NCBI GenBank assembly: GCA_000165425.1
Contig: CT868058.1
Location: 186,001 to 212,273, forward strand
Reading direction: 5' to 3'
DNA: 26,273 nt
Source of the DNA: Paramecium tetraurelia
Taxonomy: Eukaryota
Shown: positions 25,231-26,273 of the stretch, one piece after another
Layout: the number at the start of each line of letters is the position of its first letter
How positions within the stretch are numbered: the stretch's first letter is position 1
Notes under the pieces: generated by a model
The model's database searches: none
Seen by the model: only the letters and a program-made list of their open reading frames with translations
What the model was told of the DNA's origin: nothing
Translations under genes and position numbers: made by a program

Positions 25231-26273
25231 TCATTTATAAATCAAACTCCCTTTTGATTTGAATAATTAACTTAAATCTACACCTTGAAAATTAACAAAG
25301 TCTCCTTTCAGGATTAATGCTCCTTGCGCCTCTACATAAGGAGTTTAGGAAATGTGAAGTATAGAAACATAAGGTGAAGCTAAATAAGATCATATATTAA
25401 TACTTCTTTCTGTAAAAATAGGTGATTTGGATTATAATTGAGTATCTTTTTACAGATTATTTTAAGTTAATTTTTCTTGTCCAGATTTTACATCCCATAA
25501 ACGGATAGACTCATCAGCACTACCAGATGCTAATGTAGTACCATCAGGAGAGTAAACAGACAGAATTAACCGAATTTTAATGATCACTTAATTTGGCTAT
25601 TTATGATCCTGTCTTAACATCCCATAAACGGATAGAGTTATCAAAACTACCAGATGCTAATGTAGTACCATCAGGAGAGAATGAGACTGATCTAACAACA
25701 CTCGAATGACCATCTAATTTGGCTTTTTATTATCCTGTCTTAACATCCCATAAACGGATAGACCTATCCCAACTACCAGATGCTAATGTAGTATCTTCAG
25801 GAGAGAAACACACTGATATAATTGGGTCTTCATGACCTTTGAATTCAAGCATTGATTATCCTATTTTGACATCCCATAAACAGATAGACTCATCTAAGTT
25901 GTCGTAAGCTAATTTAGTACCATCAGAAGAGAAACAAACAGAACTAACTGAATATTAGTGACAATCTATTTTGGCTTTTTATTATCCTGTCTTAACATCC
26001 CATAAACGGATAGTGTTATCGCTACTACTAGATGCTAATGTAGTACCATCTGAAGAGAAACAGATTGAATCAACCTCACTAGTATGACCATCTAATTTAC
26101 CTATTTATGATTCTGTCTTAACATTCCATAAACGGATAGTTTTATCTCTACCACCAGATACTAATGTGATACCATCAGGAGAGAAACAGATTGAATTAAC
26201 TGCACGAGTATGACCATCTAATTTGACTTTTTGTGATCCTGTCTTAAGATCCCATAATCGGATAGACATATCT
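25231..26273 (-). CDS. WD40-repeat protein of the expanded Paramecium family, 3' part; 1-nt insertion in last repeat (truncated allele, pseudogene or assembly error)
   Basis: Units such as [38 protein letters not shown], then a C-terminal [29 protein letters not shown] motif. 24-nt intron 25380-25403; TGA 25231-25233. The frameshift at ~25553 gives a premature TGA at 25544-25546. Confidence 0.92.
25494..26273 (-). repeat. Tandem 126-nt coding repeat (six full WD40 units visible)
   Basis: The Trp-Asp anchor recurs at 25494, 25621, 25747, 25873, 25999, 26125 and 26251. The spacing is exactly 126 nt except for one 127-nt interval. Confidence 0.95.

Noticed and set aside
5270..25560. Three frame breaks as a shared programmed-frameshift system (Euplotes-like)
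   Set aside because: They share no sequence context, go in different directions (-1, +1, +1), and TAA is a sense codon here. Independent indels or assembly errors are simpler.
25494..26273. Regularly spaced repeats as a CRISPR array or satellite
   Set aside because: The units are in-frame 42-codon WD40 repeats in a eukaryotic gene.

Overview
AT-rich, gene-dense eukaryotic DNA from a ciliate macronuclear genome, most likely Paramecium. TAA/TAG read as Gln and only TGA stops translation (genetic code 6). Genes carry tiny 22-28 nt GT..AG introns, so the supplied standard-code ORF track is mostly fragments or antisense shadows; I re-translated by hand. The left half (1-13.5 kb) is tightly packed: Rab GTPase 3' end, RING-H2 protein, coiled-coil protein, Tsr2, an ERK7/MAPK15-type kinase with an atypical TES activation motif, an unknown gene with a frame break, a short Atg13-like HORMA-only protein, a choline-transporter-like protein, a USP deubiquitinase, a small 2-TM protein and a ULK/Atg1-like kinase. 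The right half looks accessory: a ~3050-aa Cys-rich/beta-helix/multi-TM surface protein with one +1 frame break, long AT-rich spacers, and the 3' part of a WD40 gene. That gene is built of 126-nt repeats whose variable positions resemble fungal HNWD/NLR receptors, and it also carries a +1 frame break. No rRNA, tRNA, CRISPR, telomeric repeat or transposon was recognised. Intron positions and family calls come from manual motif reading, not database searches.
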